This document shows, piece after piece, positions 30,468 through 39,309 of a DNA stretch of 64,000 nt. Made by a program: the position numbers and the translations under genes. Source of the stretch: an uncultured Prevotellaceae bacterium. Lineage in GTDB: Bacteria > Bacteroidota > Bacteroidia > Bacteroidales > Bacteroidaceae. The notes under the pieces are model-generated. The model searched no databases. It was not told the origin of the DNA and was given only the letters and a program-made list of their open reading frames with translations. The DNA lies in the NCBI GenBank assembly GCA_900316645.1, contig ONDP01000007.1, positions 4,893 through 68,892 on the forward strand, read 5' to 3'. Numbering within the stretch: the first letter of the stretch is position 1; the number at the start of each line of letters is the position of its first letter.

Positions 30468-30490
30468 CAGAAAATAGACAACAAACAACA

Positions 30491-31195
30491 ATGGAAACGA
30501 AACATATTTATTCATATGACGAGGTCTTCAGAGCCTCTTTAGCCTACTTTGGCGGTGATGAACTAACAGCCCGTGTGTGGGTTGAGAAATATGCCAAGAA
30601 AGATGCTGACGGACGCTTCACGGAGCAGTCGCCAGCCAGCCGTTTGGGGAAACTTGTTGGCGATTTGGCACATGACGTTGCCGAACTGAGAAAACAGCAA
30701 TCTGACACATGGCGACCTGAGGTAACCGAAATTCGTCCGAGGGAATTGGAGTGCGACGTCGTACGTTTTCAGAACAACAAAGAGAAATGGGTGGCTTTCG
30801 TAGGACTGCTGGATGGCTATCCTTATGAAATCTTCACAGGCCTTCAGGACGACGACGAAGGTATTCTTTTACCCAAAGCCGTTACTAAGGGGAAGATTAT
30901 CAAACAGGTGAACGAAGATGGTTCACGCCGTTACGATTTCCAGTTTGAGAACAAGCGAGGCTACAAGACCACCGTTGAGGGACTCTCCGAGAAGTTCAAC
31001 CCTGAGTATTGGAACTATGCAAAACTCATTTCTGGCGTATTGCGCTATCGTATGCCTATCGACCATGTCATCAAGTTGGTCAGTTCCCTGCAACTGAAGT
31101 CTGAGAGTATCAACACCTGGAAAGTTGGTGTGGAACGTGCACTGAAGAAATATGTGCCAGGAAGTAGCGAAGAAACAGAAGAAAGTGAAAATTAA
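30491..31195 (+). CDS. Internally deleted class II ribonucleotide reductase (NrdJ N-terminus fused to its C-terminal domain)
   Basis: YFGGDELTARVWVEKYA resembles the Bacteroidales NrdJ N-terminus. RPRELECDVVRFQNNKEKWVAFVGLLDGYPYEIFTG...VERALKKY resembles its C-terminal domain. 234 aa, no catalytic barrel. Confidence 0.8.
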   Translation: METKHIYSYDEVFRASLAYFGGDELTARVWVEKYAKKDADGRFTEQSPASRLGKLVGDLAHDVAELRKQQSDTWRPEVTEIRPRELECDVVRFQNNKEKWVAFVGLLDGYPYEIFTGLQDDDEGILLPKAVTKGKIIKQVNEDGSRRYDFQFENKRGYKTTVEGLSEKFNPEYWNYAKLISGVLRYRMPIDHVIKLVSSLQLKSESINTWKVGVERALKKYVPGSSEETEESEN

Positions 31196-31568
31196 TCGTT
31201 CATACATATTTATAAAAGAGGCTTGCTTCCATGCTTGCCATGGTGTGATGCCACAGGAACGGAATGTTGGTGCAAACTTTCTGGTGTCACTCCGTATTGG
31301 CTATGACATCACGAAGGCTATACAAACTGACGATGTGAATGACACACTGAACTATGCCACTATCTACCAACTCGTGAAAGAGGAAATTCAAAAGCCCTCA
31401 GCCCTGTTGGAACATGTGGCAGGGCGCATTGTCAATGCCATAAACCAGAGTTTCCCTGCTATACAAACAATTGATCTCACACTGACGAAACAAAATCCTC
31501 CTATGGGGGCTGATTGCGAGGGTGCGGGCGTTGAATTACATTTAATAAATGATAAAATGAACGCATAA
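31185..31568 (+). CDS. folB: Dihydroneopterin aldolase
   Basis: FHACHGVMPQE, DDVNDTLNY, LLEHVA and KQNPP motifs. GTG start overlaps the upstream stop. Confidence 0.9.
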   Translation: MKINRSYIFIKEACFHACHGVMPQERNVGANFLVSLRIGYDITKAIQTDDVNDTLNYATIYQLVKEEIQKPSALLEHVAGRIVNAINQSFPAIQTIDLTLTKQNPPMGADCEGAGVELHLINDKMNA

Positions 31569-31620
31569 GTGCCTGTATTTGCTGGAAAATAGTTAATTTT
31601 GCACCCTTGAATAAGAAAAT

Positions 31621-32862
31621 ATGAAGAATAGGATACTAGTTCTAATATGGATAACCATAGGATTTGCAGTAGCATTATCTGCTGCAAACAAGAAATTCAC
31701 GTTGGTGATTGATGCTGGACATGGTGGCCACGATGCTGGAGCCAAGGGTACTTTCTCAATGGAAAAGAATATCAATTTGAATGTATCATTGGCCTTTGGC
31801 AGATATGTTGAAAGCAACTGCCCCGACGTGAAAGTGATATATACACGAAAGAAAGACGTGTTCATTCCGTTGCATACCCGTGCCGATATTGCCAACAAAA
31901 ACAAGGCCGACCTGTTTGTGTCTATTCACACCAATGCTGTGCCACGTGGCAAGACGGTAAGAGGTATGGAGACCTACACACTTGGCATGCACCGCGCTGC
32001 CACTAATCTGGATGTGGCTAAGCGTGAGAACTCCGTCATTCTGATTGAGAAAGACTATAAACAGCGTTACGAGGGATTCGATCCCAACTCCAGCGAGAGC
32101 TATATTATGTTTGAGTTTATGCAAGACAAGAACATGGCACAAAGTGTAGAACTGGCGAAATATGTTCAAAAACGAGCTTGTGCTTCTGCCAACCGCCAGA
32201 ACAAAGGTGTCAAGCAGGCAGGATTCCTCGTACTCCGCGAAACATCAATGCCTAGTTGTCTAATTGAATTAGGTTTCATCACAACCCCTGACGAAGAACG
32301 CTATCTGAACAGTTCGGATGGTATCGACCGATTGGGCTACGGCATCTATCAAGCTTTTCTGGACTATAAGCGCAGGTACGACACCAATGTTACTATGCCT
32401 TATCAGGCTGAGCAGACGCAGGAAGTGAGTATTCCCACCATCGTGCCACAAGAAGAAACGGCACAACAGGAACCACAACCCAAGGAAAAGAAGGCAAAAG
32501 CCAGCGTTCAAGTGCAGACACAACCTGAACCAGCAATACCAGAACCCGTAGCTGAAACTGAAGTCGTTAAGAAAACCAAAGACTCCACCCTCATCTTTAA
32601 GGTGCAGATTGTAGCAAGTACCACACGGCAGAAATTCAGCAAGTCAAAACTGAACGGACAAGGCAAAGCAGAGTGTTTTGAGGAAGGTGGATTTTTCAAA
32701 TACACGGTAGGTAAAAGTTCCGATTATGACGAGATCGTGAAGGTGCGCGAGAACTTGGTGGGCAATTTTCCTGAGGCTTTCATCATCGCCTTCAGGGGTG
32801 ACAAGAAAATAGACACACGAGCCGCCATCCGTGAATTCAGAGCAAACAAAAACAAACAATAA
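31621..32862 (+). CDS. N-acetylmuramoyl-L-alanine amidase (Amidase_3)
   Basis: IDAGHGGHDAGA, EKNINL, SIHTNA and LIELGF motifs; C-terminal SPOR-like domain. Confidence 0.92.
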   Translation: MKNRILVLIWITIGFAVALSAANKKFTLVIDAGHGGHDAGAKGTFSMEKNINLNVSLAFGRYVESNCPDVKVIYTRKKDVFIPLHTRADIANKNKADLFVSIHTNAVPRGKTVRGMETYTLGMHRAATNLDVAKRENSVILIEKDYKQRYEGFDPNSSESYIMFEFMQDKNMAQSVELAKYVQKRACASANRQNKGVKQAGFLVLRETSMPSCLIELGFITTPDEERYLNSSDGIDRLGYGIYQAFLDYKRRYDTNVTMPYQAEQTQEVSIPTIVPQEETAQQEPQPKEKKAKASVQVQTQPEPAIPEPVAETEVVKKTKDSTLIFKVQIVASTTRQKFSKSKLNGQGKAECFEEGGFFKYTVGKSSDYDEIVKVRENLVGNFPEAFIIAFRGDKKIDTRAAIREFRANKNKQ

Positions 32863-32872
32863 TATATAGAAT

Positions 32873-33766
32873 ATGAAGTTCTTTACAAAAGAAGTACAGA
32901 TAGCCTGTGTAGCCATCGTGGCATTAGTAGTGCTCTACTGGGGACTGAATTTCCTCAAGGGCTTGAGCATTTTCTCAAAATCGCACACCTACTACCTGCA
33001 GTTCTCAGACGCCAGCGGACTGTCACAATCATCACCAGTCTATGCTAATGGGTTTAAAATAGGTGTTGTGGAAGAAGTCAAATACGACTTTAAACATGGT
33101 AATAAGATTGTGGCCAAGGTAGGAGTTGACAAACAGATGCGAATTCCTATAGGCTCAGAGGCAGTCATTGCCAGCGACTTGTTGGGCAACATCAAAATCA
33201 ACTTGGTGCTGGGCAAGAACCCACTGCAGATATTAGAGCAGGGCGACACAATCATGGGACATGTAGAGTTGGGCATGATGGGCAAGGTGGCAGAGATGAT
33301 GCCAACCATCGAGGCAATGATGCCAAAACTCGACTCCATTCTTACCAGTCTGAACACGCTATTGGCCGATCCTGCTCTGGCCAACACCCTTCATAACGTA
33401 GAAGGTATGACCGCTAACTTAAATCGCACCAGCGTTGACCTGCGCGCGCTGTCATCCAGTCTGGGACGCAGTGTTCCTCCTATGCTGGTCAAAGCTGACA
33501 GTGTATTGGGCAATACTCAGCAGTTTACTACCAATCTGGCAGCTATCGACGTAGCTGCTATGACGGAAAAGGTTAACCAGACATTGGCCAATGTGGAAGA
33601 GATGAGCCGCAAACTTAATAGCAACGAAGGCACCCTCGGACTCTTGATGCGCGACGCAACACTCTATACCAATCTGAGCAATACAGCTGCGGATGCTGAC
33701 TCCCTGCTGAAGGACTTCAAGAAGCACCCGAAACGCTATGTACGTTTTTCGGTTTTCGGCAAATAA
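32873..33766 (+). CDS. MlaD/MCE-family protein
   Basis: TM, GL...SPV..NGFKIGVV MCE domain, helical tail ending HPKRYV.FSVFG. Confidence 0.88.
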   Translation: MKFFTKEVQIACVAIVALVVLYWGLNFLKGLSIFSKSHTYYLQFSDASGLSQSSPVYANGFKIGVVEEVKYDFKHGNKIVAKVGVDKQMRIPIGSEAVIASDLLGNIKINLVLGKNPLQILEQGDTIMGHVELGMMGKVAEMMPTIEAMMPKLDSILTSLNTLLADPALANTLHNVEGMTANLNRTSVDLRALSSSLGRSVPPMLVKADSVLGNTQQFTTNLAAIDVAAMTEKVNQTLANVEEMSRKLNSNEGTLGLLMRDATLYTNLSNTAADADSLLKDFKKHPKRYVRFSVFGK

Positions 33767-33826
33767 ATTGCAGTAAAAAAATTACTAATTTTTATTTTGT
33801 CTAAATAATGAGTATTGGTGCAATAT

Positions 33827-34085
33827 GTTTCCACACAGTAAACGGAAGTGTCTGATATTAGCTATGTTCGAAACTGGCAACAGATAAAAACTGCACACCT
33901 CACAAACGGCGTGCAGTTTTTCACAAAACACTGATAGACAAAAACTTGCAATTACGAAAGAGGAAAATATCTCGCAGCATTATTATTCCCTCATAAGTAC
34001 CCAATTATTAGCAAGTTACGACCTGCAGAACAAAAAGTGTTCATAAACATAGATTTGCATATGTCAAAAATAATTGCGACCTTTG
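33827..34085 (+). promoter_or_regulatory. dnaA upstream region with DnaA-box-like sites and promoter
   Basis: TTTTTCACA at 33917-33925 fits TTWTNCACA. One-mismatch boxes at 33827-33835 and 34046-34038. TTTG (34054-34057), N20, GACCTTTG (34078-34085). Confidence 0.5.
33886..33921 (+). terminator. Hairpin after the amidase-mlaD genes
   Basis: AAAAACTGCAC-N14-GTGCAGTTTTT, a perfect 11-bp inverted repeat. Confidence 0.55.
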
Positions 34086-34154
34086 CACTTGAAAACGAGA
34101 ACTATAATCTTTAACGAGATTAGTTTATTAATAATTAAATAAGTATAACGCCGC

Positions 34155-35564
34155 ATGGAAAAAACTCCAAAGGCGCTTTGGGACGACTGCCTACATCTCA
34201 TCAGGGAAAACGTCACAGAGCAGCAATATAAAACCTGGTTCGCGCCCATCGTATTCGAGAAGTACGATGAAGAAAGCCAGACCCTTCTCATACAAGTACC
34301 AAGCAGGTATGTGTATGAGTATTTGGAGCAATACTATGTGGCTCTATTAGGAAAGGTACTGTGTCGCTGCTTCGGCAAGAACATACAGCTGAAGTATCGC
34401 ATCGTAGTTGACAAAGCCCACAAACTGACGATTGAAGAAGAAGGCAGTGAGCCCGTCAATATCGAACAGCCTCAGGCTATCACTCGTGGTAACAAGGCCC
34501 CAACACAATTAGACGCTGCCCTACCCCAGGATCTCGATCCGCAGTTGGATATCCATAAGACATTCCAGGCATTCATCGAGGGCGACAGCAATAAATTGCC
34601 CCGCACAGTCGGACTATCTATTGCCGAGCATCCTGGTCGTTCAACCTTTAATCCGTTTTTTGTGTTCGGACCTTCTGGTTGCGGTAAGACACATCTTATC
34701 AACGCCATCGGCGTCAAATGCAAGGAAATGTACCCACGCAAGCGAGTACTATATGTATCTGCTCGCCTTTTCCAAGTGCAATACACTGATGCTGTTCGCC
34801 AAAACACTGTCAACGACTTCATCCAGTTCTATCAGACCATCGACGTACTGATAGTTGATGACATACAAGAATGGGCCAACGCCACGAAAACGCTCGACAC
34901 TTTCTTCCATATCTTCGACCATTTGTTCCGTCTGGGCAAGCAGATTATACTGGCCTCTGACCGTCCTCCCATTGACTTAATGGGTGTAAAGGACCGCCTT
35001 CTGACGCGTTTTGCTTGTGGACTGATTGCCGAATTGGAGAAACCCAATATTCAGCTATGCATCGATATCCTTCATGCCAAGTGCAAACGTGACGGACTGC
35101 AGATTCCTGAGGATGTTATCCAGTTTATTGCAGAAACAGCCAACGGTTCTGTTCGTGACTTAGAAGGTGTGGTTAATTCACTGATGGCTTACTCGATTGT
35201 CTATAACACCAGTGTTGACATGAAACTAGCTGAGCGCATCATCAAGCGTGCTGTAAAGGTGGACAACAAACCTCTGACTATCGACGATATTTTGGAGAAG
35301 GTTTGCAACCACTATAAAGTGACCCAGCAGAATGTATTCAGTAAGTCACGCAAACGCGATTACGTCATTGTGCGTCAGATTTCTATGTATCTGGCTCAGA
35401 AATACACCAAGATGCCTGCTGCACGTATCGGACAGCTCATTGGCGGGCGCGACCACTCGACAGTGATTCATAGCTGTTCTACCATCGAACAGCGTCTGAA
35501 GGTTGACAAGGCGTTTTATGAAGAACTACACAGTATCGAAAATTCTTTCAAATTAAAACAATAG
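34155..35564 (+). CDS. dnaA: Chromosomal replication initiator DnaA
   Basis: TWF domain I, NPFFVFGPSGCGKTHL, DDIQ, VRDLEG and GGRDHSTVIHS motifs. Confidence 0.98.
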   Translation: MEKTPKALWDDCLHLIRENVTEQQYKTWFAPIVFEKYDEESQTLLIQVPSRYVYEYLEQYYVALLGKVLCRCFGKNIQLKYRIVVDKAHKLTIEEEGSEPVNIEQPQAITRGNKAPTQLDAALPQDLDPQLDIHKTFQAFIEGDSNKLPRTVGLSIAEHPGRSTFNPFFVFGPSGCGKTHLINAIGVKCKEMYPRKRVLYVSARLFQVQYTDAVRQNTVNDFIQFYQTIDVLIVDDIQEWANATKTLDTFFHIFDHLFRLGKQIILASDRPPIDLMGVKDRLLTRFACGLIAELEKPNIQLCIDILHAKCKRDGLQIPEDVIQFIAETANGSVRDLEGVVNSLMAYSIVYNTSVDMKLAERIIKRAVKVDNKPLTIDDILEKVCNHYKVTQQNVFSKSRKRDYVIVRQISMYLAQKYTKMPAARIGQLIGGRDHSTVIHSCSTIEQRLKVDKAFYEELHSIENSFKLKQ

Positions 35565-35572
35565 TGAATATG

Positions 35573-35608
35573 AAAGGGGGCTGTGCCAAAATAGGCTCGC
35601 CCCCTTTT
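35573..35608. terminator. Bidirectional terminator between dnaA and GH97
   Basis: AAAGGGGGC...GCCCCCTTTT between convergent genes. Confidence 0.75.
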
Positions 35609-35616
35609 CTTAATAA

Positions 35617-35650
35617 TCACATCTCTCTTTTCACTTCTCTCTCTTCACTT
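35617..35650 (-). repeat. Degenerate 7/14-nt array after the GH97 stop
   Basis: Minus strand AAGTGAA GAGAGAG AAGTGAA AAGAGAG ATGTGA, with TGA every 14 nt. Confidence 0.55.
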
Positions 35651-37591
35651 CAAGATGATACCTCCATTCGGTTGTATCACCACTTTGGCCAGTCCTTTCA
35701 TGTCAACCTTCAGTTGGGCCTTTACGGCATAGCCGTCAGCATTATCTGTATAGTAGTCAACAGTCTGACCTGCCAACTGGGGCAACTTGAGCGTCAGTTT
35801 CTTCGTCTCCTTTTCCGCGTTCAGTCCTGCTACATACCATTTTTCACCATGACGACGGGCCAATACAACAAACTTGCCAGGATAACCATCAATCAGGCGT
35901 GTCTCGTCCCATGTGGTTGGCAATGTCTTCATCAAGTCAATCTCCACTTGTGGCAAATCCTGCAGATTGTTGGGCTGCACAGCCATACATTGTACGGAAG
36001 TTTGAATGGTAATAGCACTTGCTATTTCGAACATATCCGTCGTCATACGCGGATGACGACTCTTATTGTCCTTGCTCATATAGCGGTTCATTATCGTACC
36101 GCCCCAGTCCATCGAGGCCACAGCATTACGACAGAAGGGATGCAGTGTCAAATCAAAGGCCTCACGCTTGGCAGCTCCTGGGTCGAAAAACACATTCTCG
36201 GAAGCCAGCACTGCCTCGCTTGCCACATAATTGGGGAACAATCGTTCCCAGCCACGAGGCAAGGTGCAGCCGTGGAAAACACACTGAATACCGTAACGGT
36301 TGGCATCAGCCAGGATCTCCTCATATTGCTGCATAGTATGCTGCTTGTCACCACCGAAAAAGTCAACCTTGATACCCTTCACACCGATACTCTTCATCCA
36401 AGCCATCTCACGATTGCGTGCCAGACTGGTATTCATGCAGTTGAACGGTCCCTGAGGTGCATCGTTGGCATAGCCGTTTGAGTTGTACCACAACAATAGG
36501 CTTACCCCCTTCGACTGGGCATATTTCGACAGTTCTGCAATGCGCTCTCGTCCTATATTTGTATCCCACCAAGCATCCACCAAACAGTATTCATAGCCCA
36601 TCTTGGCTGCCAAATCGACAAAAGTCACCTGGTCGTCATAGTTACAACTCTGGTCCTGCCAAATCAGCCAGCTCCATGTATATCGACCTGGTTTATATTC
36701 CTGTGAGGCAGCATACATCGGCTCCAAGGGGTCGAATGGAATCGTGGTTTCAACTATGGGTTTCAAGTCCTTACCGATGGTCAACGTACGCCAAGGAGTA
36801 CTGCCAGGCAAAGAGATACCAGCATATTTCGAACCTAATCCGTTGCTCTCGCCTTCCATCGGATAAGCGATCTCGTAACCCTCCTCCTTGTCAAAGTCGC
36901 TCAGGTGCGAACCAACATAATTCGAAGTAACCCCTGTTTCGCTAATGAGCACCCATCCCTTGTCGCCCACATGGAAAAGTGCCGGGAACGTATAACCTTG
37001 ACCATACTGCGACTTGCGGTCCATAGGAGCATCATTCGAGAAAACTTCCTCGTAACTGGGTTTCGTACGGGCAAAACCAATCATGGGGACACTCTGAGGT
37101 GTGATAAATGTAGTAGTACCGTCAGGCAGGCGGAAAGATGTTTCTTCTTTCTTGACAACAATACTCTGCGGATCGCCCTCCTTCACTCGTAAAATCATGT
37201 ATTGGAACGCAACATCGTTGTTAGCAACCAAGAAAGTCACCACCATTTTGTTCTGCTCAGCGTTTGCCAGCGTCACAGCCAGGCGATTAGCCTTGAAATC
37301 AACATGCGACGTCTTCGTGCGCGAGATGTCGTAGTGCTTTTCAACCACGTCCTCCTCACTCTTCACGAAGGTCAAGTGTTTTGTATAGTCACCGATACTC
37401 GTTTCCAATCCGAGTTTCGATGCCTTGAGCATCTCTACCCCATCATACTTGATGCCATACGTCGCCTTTCCGTTCTCCACTTTCACCTCAACAACCATCT
37501 TGCCATCAGGCGAACTCACTGTTCTGCTCTCCGCGAGCGCTACCAACGGACAAAGCAACAATAGCCATAATAAATTAGTCTTCATTTTCAT
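35645..37591 (-). CDS. Glycoside hydrolase family 97
   Basis: Signal peptide, SPDG start, KPGRYTWSW, GVKGIKVDF, FHGC, WDETRLIDGYPG and ARR..WY motifs. Confidence 0.9.
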   Translation of the reverse strand: MKMKTNLLWLLLLCPLVALAESRTVSSPDGKMVVEVKVENGKATYGIKYDGVEMLKASKLGLETSIGDYTKHLTFVKSEEDVVEKHYDISRTKTSHVDFKANRLAVTLANAEQNKMVVTFLVANNDVAFQYMILRVKEGDPQSIVVKKEETSFRLPDGTTTFITPQSVPMIGFARTKPSYEEVFSNDAPMDRKSQYGQGYTFPALFHVGDKGWVLISETGVTSNYVGSHLSDFDKEEGYEIAYPMEGESNGLGSKYAGISLPGSTPWRTLTIGKDLKPIVETTIPFDPLEPMYAASQEYKPGRYTWSWLIWQDQSCNYDDQVTFVDLAAKMGYEYCLVDAWWDTNIGRERIAELSKYAQSKGVSLLLWYNSNGYANDAPQGPFNCMNTSLARNREMAWMKSIGVKGIKVDFFGGDKQHTMQQYEEILADANRYGIQCVFHGCTLPRGWERLFPNYVASEAVLASENVFFDPGAAKREAFDLTLHPFCRNAVASMDWGGTIMNRYMSKDNKSRHPRMTTDMFEIASAITIQTSVQCMAVQPNNLQDLPQVEIDLMKTLPTTWDETRLIDGYPGKFVVLARRHGEKWYVAGLNAEKETKKLTLKLPQLAGQTVDYYTDNADGYAVKAQLKVDMKGLAKVVIQPNGGIILK

Positions 37592-37638
37592 CAATACATT
37601 TGTTATAAAAAAAATCTGTCTGCAAATTTACACAACAA

Positions 37639-37668
37639 CCCACCCTTTTCGTTGATATAAAGGATGGG
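37639..37668 (-). terminator. Hairpin after the cytidylate kinase-like gene
   Basis: CCCACCCTTT...AAAGGATGGG imperfect stem. Confidence 0.4.
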
Positions 37669-37693
37669 CTGTTTGTGTTTTATCTCTGCTTCT

Positions 37694-38338
37694 TTATTGT
37701 TCTATATACAACAAGATTTGATCCACTATCTGATCCTCGGTTTTACCATCAGCAGAAATGACAATATCGTAATTGCGAGTGTCGTAACGAGTGGTACCCG
37801 TAAACTTCTTGACATAGTTCTCACGCATCTTATCCACCTTCTCGATGATCTTGCGGGCTTCCTCCTCGGTTATACCCTTCTTGCGCACCAGACGCTTAAT
37901 ACGGAAAGGCAAGGAGGCTTGAATCATCACACGCAAGTGGTTGGGGTGATTACGGAATACATAGAAGCCCGAACGTCCTGCAATGACACACGACTCCACA
38001 TTGGCGATATCCTCAAGAATCTCGGACTCTGCCTTGAACATGGTTTCCGTGGTCAGCACATCAGGTTCCTTACCCGTCTCAGAAATCAAGCGATTGCTGC
38101 TGACAAGTCCCTCACCAATGCCTGTTACAAGTTTGAAGTCAGACCACCAATGATGTTTCTTATTCCTCATCTTCTCAATTTCATCAACGGTGAGGTGATA
38201 CTTTTCCTCCAACCCCATAATAACGGCCTTGTCATAAAAACTCACGCCAAGCTTCTCTGCCAGTTTCTCACCCACGGTACGGCCCCCGCTACCAAGTTCT
38301 CGGTTAATAGTGATAACAAATTTCTCGTTCTTATTCAT
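37694..38338 (-). CDS. Cytidylate kinase-like family protein
   Basis: ITINRELGSGG, CVIAGR, D..R..Y...T and YD motifs. Confidence 0.85.
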   Translation of the reverse strand: MNKNEKFVITINRELGSGGRTVGEKLAEKLGVSFYDKAVIMGLEEKYHLTVDEIEKMRNKKHHWWSDFKLVTGIGEGLVSSNRLISETGKEPDVLTTETMFKAESEILEDIANVESCVIAGRSGFYVFRNHPNHLRVMIQASLPFRIKRLVRKKGITEEEARKIIEKVDKMRENYVKKFTGTTRYDTRNYDIVISADGKTEDQIVDQILLYIEQ

Positions 38339-38353
38339 AATTATTATAGCGTT

Positions 38354-38390
38354 ATAATCCTCGCACTAGGCGAGGATTATCTTGATAATC
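38354..38390. other. Overlapping inverted repeats downstream of nagB
   Basis: ATAATCCTCGC-ACTAG-GCGAGGATTAT, overlapped by GATTATC-TT-GATAATC. Confidence 0.6.
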
Positions 38391-38400
38391 TTGCAAAGCG

Positions 38401-39195
38401 TCAGAGCAGATTGTCCTTCTCGATATCCTTGAAGTACTTATAGGTGGCTACCTTCAGCTCGTCAGTTGCGGGTTCATCGGCAACGATGATACCATGCTGG
38501 TGCATCTGGAGTGCCGAAATGGTCCACTCGTGCGTAACAGCTCCCTCGATGGCAGCCTTCAGGGCACGAGCCTTGTGGTGACCATTAACCAGAATCATAA
38601 CCTCGCGAGCATCCATTACAGTGCCTACGCCAACTGTCAACGCCAACTTGGGCACCTTGTTCACATCGTTGTCAAAGAAACGGCTGTTGGCAATGATGGT
38701 GTCAGTAGTCAGCGTCTTTACACGGGTGCGAGAGGTTAGTGAAGAATATGGTTCATTGAAGGCAATATGTCCGTCAGGACCAATACCTCCGATGAAGAGG
38801 TCGATACCTCCTGCCTCACGAATCATCTCCTCATAATGAGCACACTCAGCAGCCAAGTCTTTGGCATTGCCGTTGAGAATATGGATGTTCTCCTTGGGGC
38901 AGTCGATATGATTAAACAGGTTGCGAGCCATGAAAGAGTGGTAGCTCTCAGGATGGTCTTCAGGCAGATTAACATACTCGTCCATATTGAACGTCAGTAC
39001 GTTTTTGAAAGATACACGACCTTCTTTATTGGCTTTCACCAAACAGGCATACATACCCTCGGGTGACGAACCGGTAGGAAGGCCCAAAACAAACGGTTTC
39101 TCCTTTGTTGGCTGGAATGCATTGATGCGCTCAATGACATGTTCTGCAGCCCACTGCGACATCTTCTGATAGTCAGATTCGATAATTACTCTCAT
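38401..39195 (-). CDS. nagB: Glucosamine-6-phosphate deaminase
   Basis: [15 protein letters not shown] and [14 protein letters not shown] motifs. Confidence 0.97.
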   Translation of the reverse strand: MRVIIESDYQKMSQWAAEHVIERINAFQPTKEKPFVLGLPTGSSPEGMYACLVKANKEGRVSFKNVLTFNMDEYVNLPEDHPESYHSFMARNLFNHIDCPKENIHILNGNAKDLAAECAHYEEMIREAGGIDLFIGGIGPDGHIAFNEPYSSLTSRTRVKTLTTDTIIANSRFFDNDVNKVPKLALTVGVGTVMDAREVMILVNGHHKARALKAAIEGAVTHEWTISALQMHQHGIIVADEPATDELKVATYKYFKDIEKDNLL

Positions 39196-39230
39196 AAGTT
39201 TAAAAAGTTACATTGTGTCTGTTTTGCCGG

Positions 39231-39289
39231 CAAAGATACAAAAAAATTCATAATTAATAATGCTTAATACATATTTTTTTGTACCTTTG
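39231..39289. promoter_or_regulatory. Divergent promoters for nagB and hflX
   Basis: TATCTTTG (minus, 39238-39231) and TACCTTTG (plus, 39282-39289). Confidence 0.65.
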
Positions 39290-39309
39290 CGCCTAAATAT
39301 AATATAGGT

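Noticed and set aside
29927-30490. N-terminal extension of the 422-aa ORF call
   Set aside because: It overlaps the nitroreductase on the other strand and the promoter. The NrdJ-like sequence starts at ATG 30491.
30359-30490. Cobalamin riboswitch before the nrdJ-like gene
   Set aside because: The -7 box is only 23 nt from the ATG, leaving no room, and no B12-box sequence is visible.
35564-36481. 305-aa plus-strand ORF after dnaA, and similar shadow ORFs (37664-38443, 52424-53233, 57952-58815, 25082-25834)
   Set aside because: All are antisense to confident genes (GH97, kinase-like, clpB, RND, GH94) and lack protein-like motifs.
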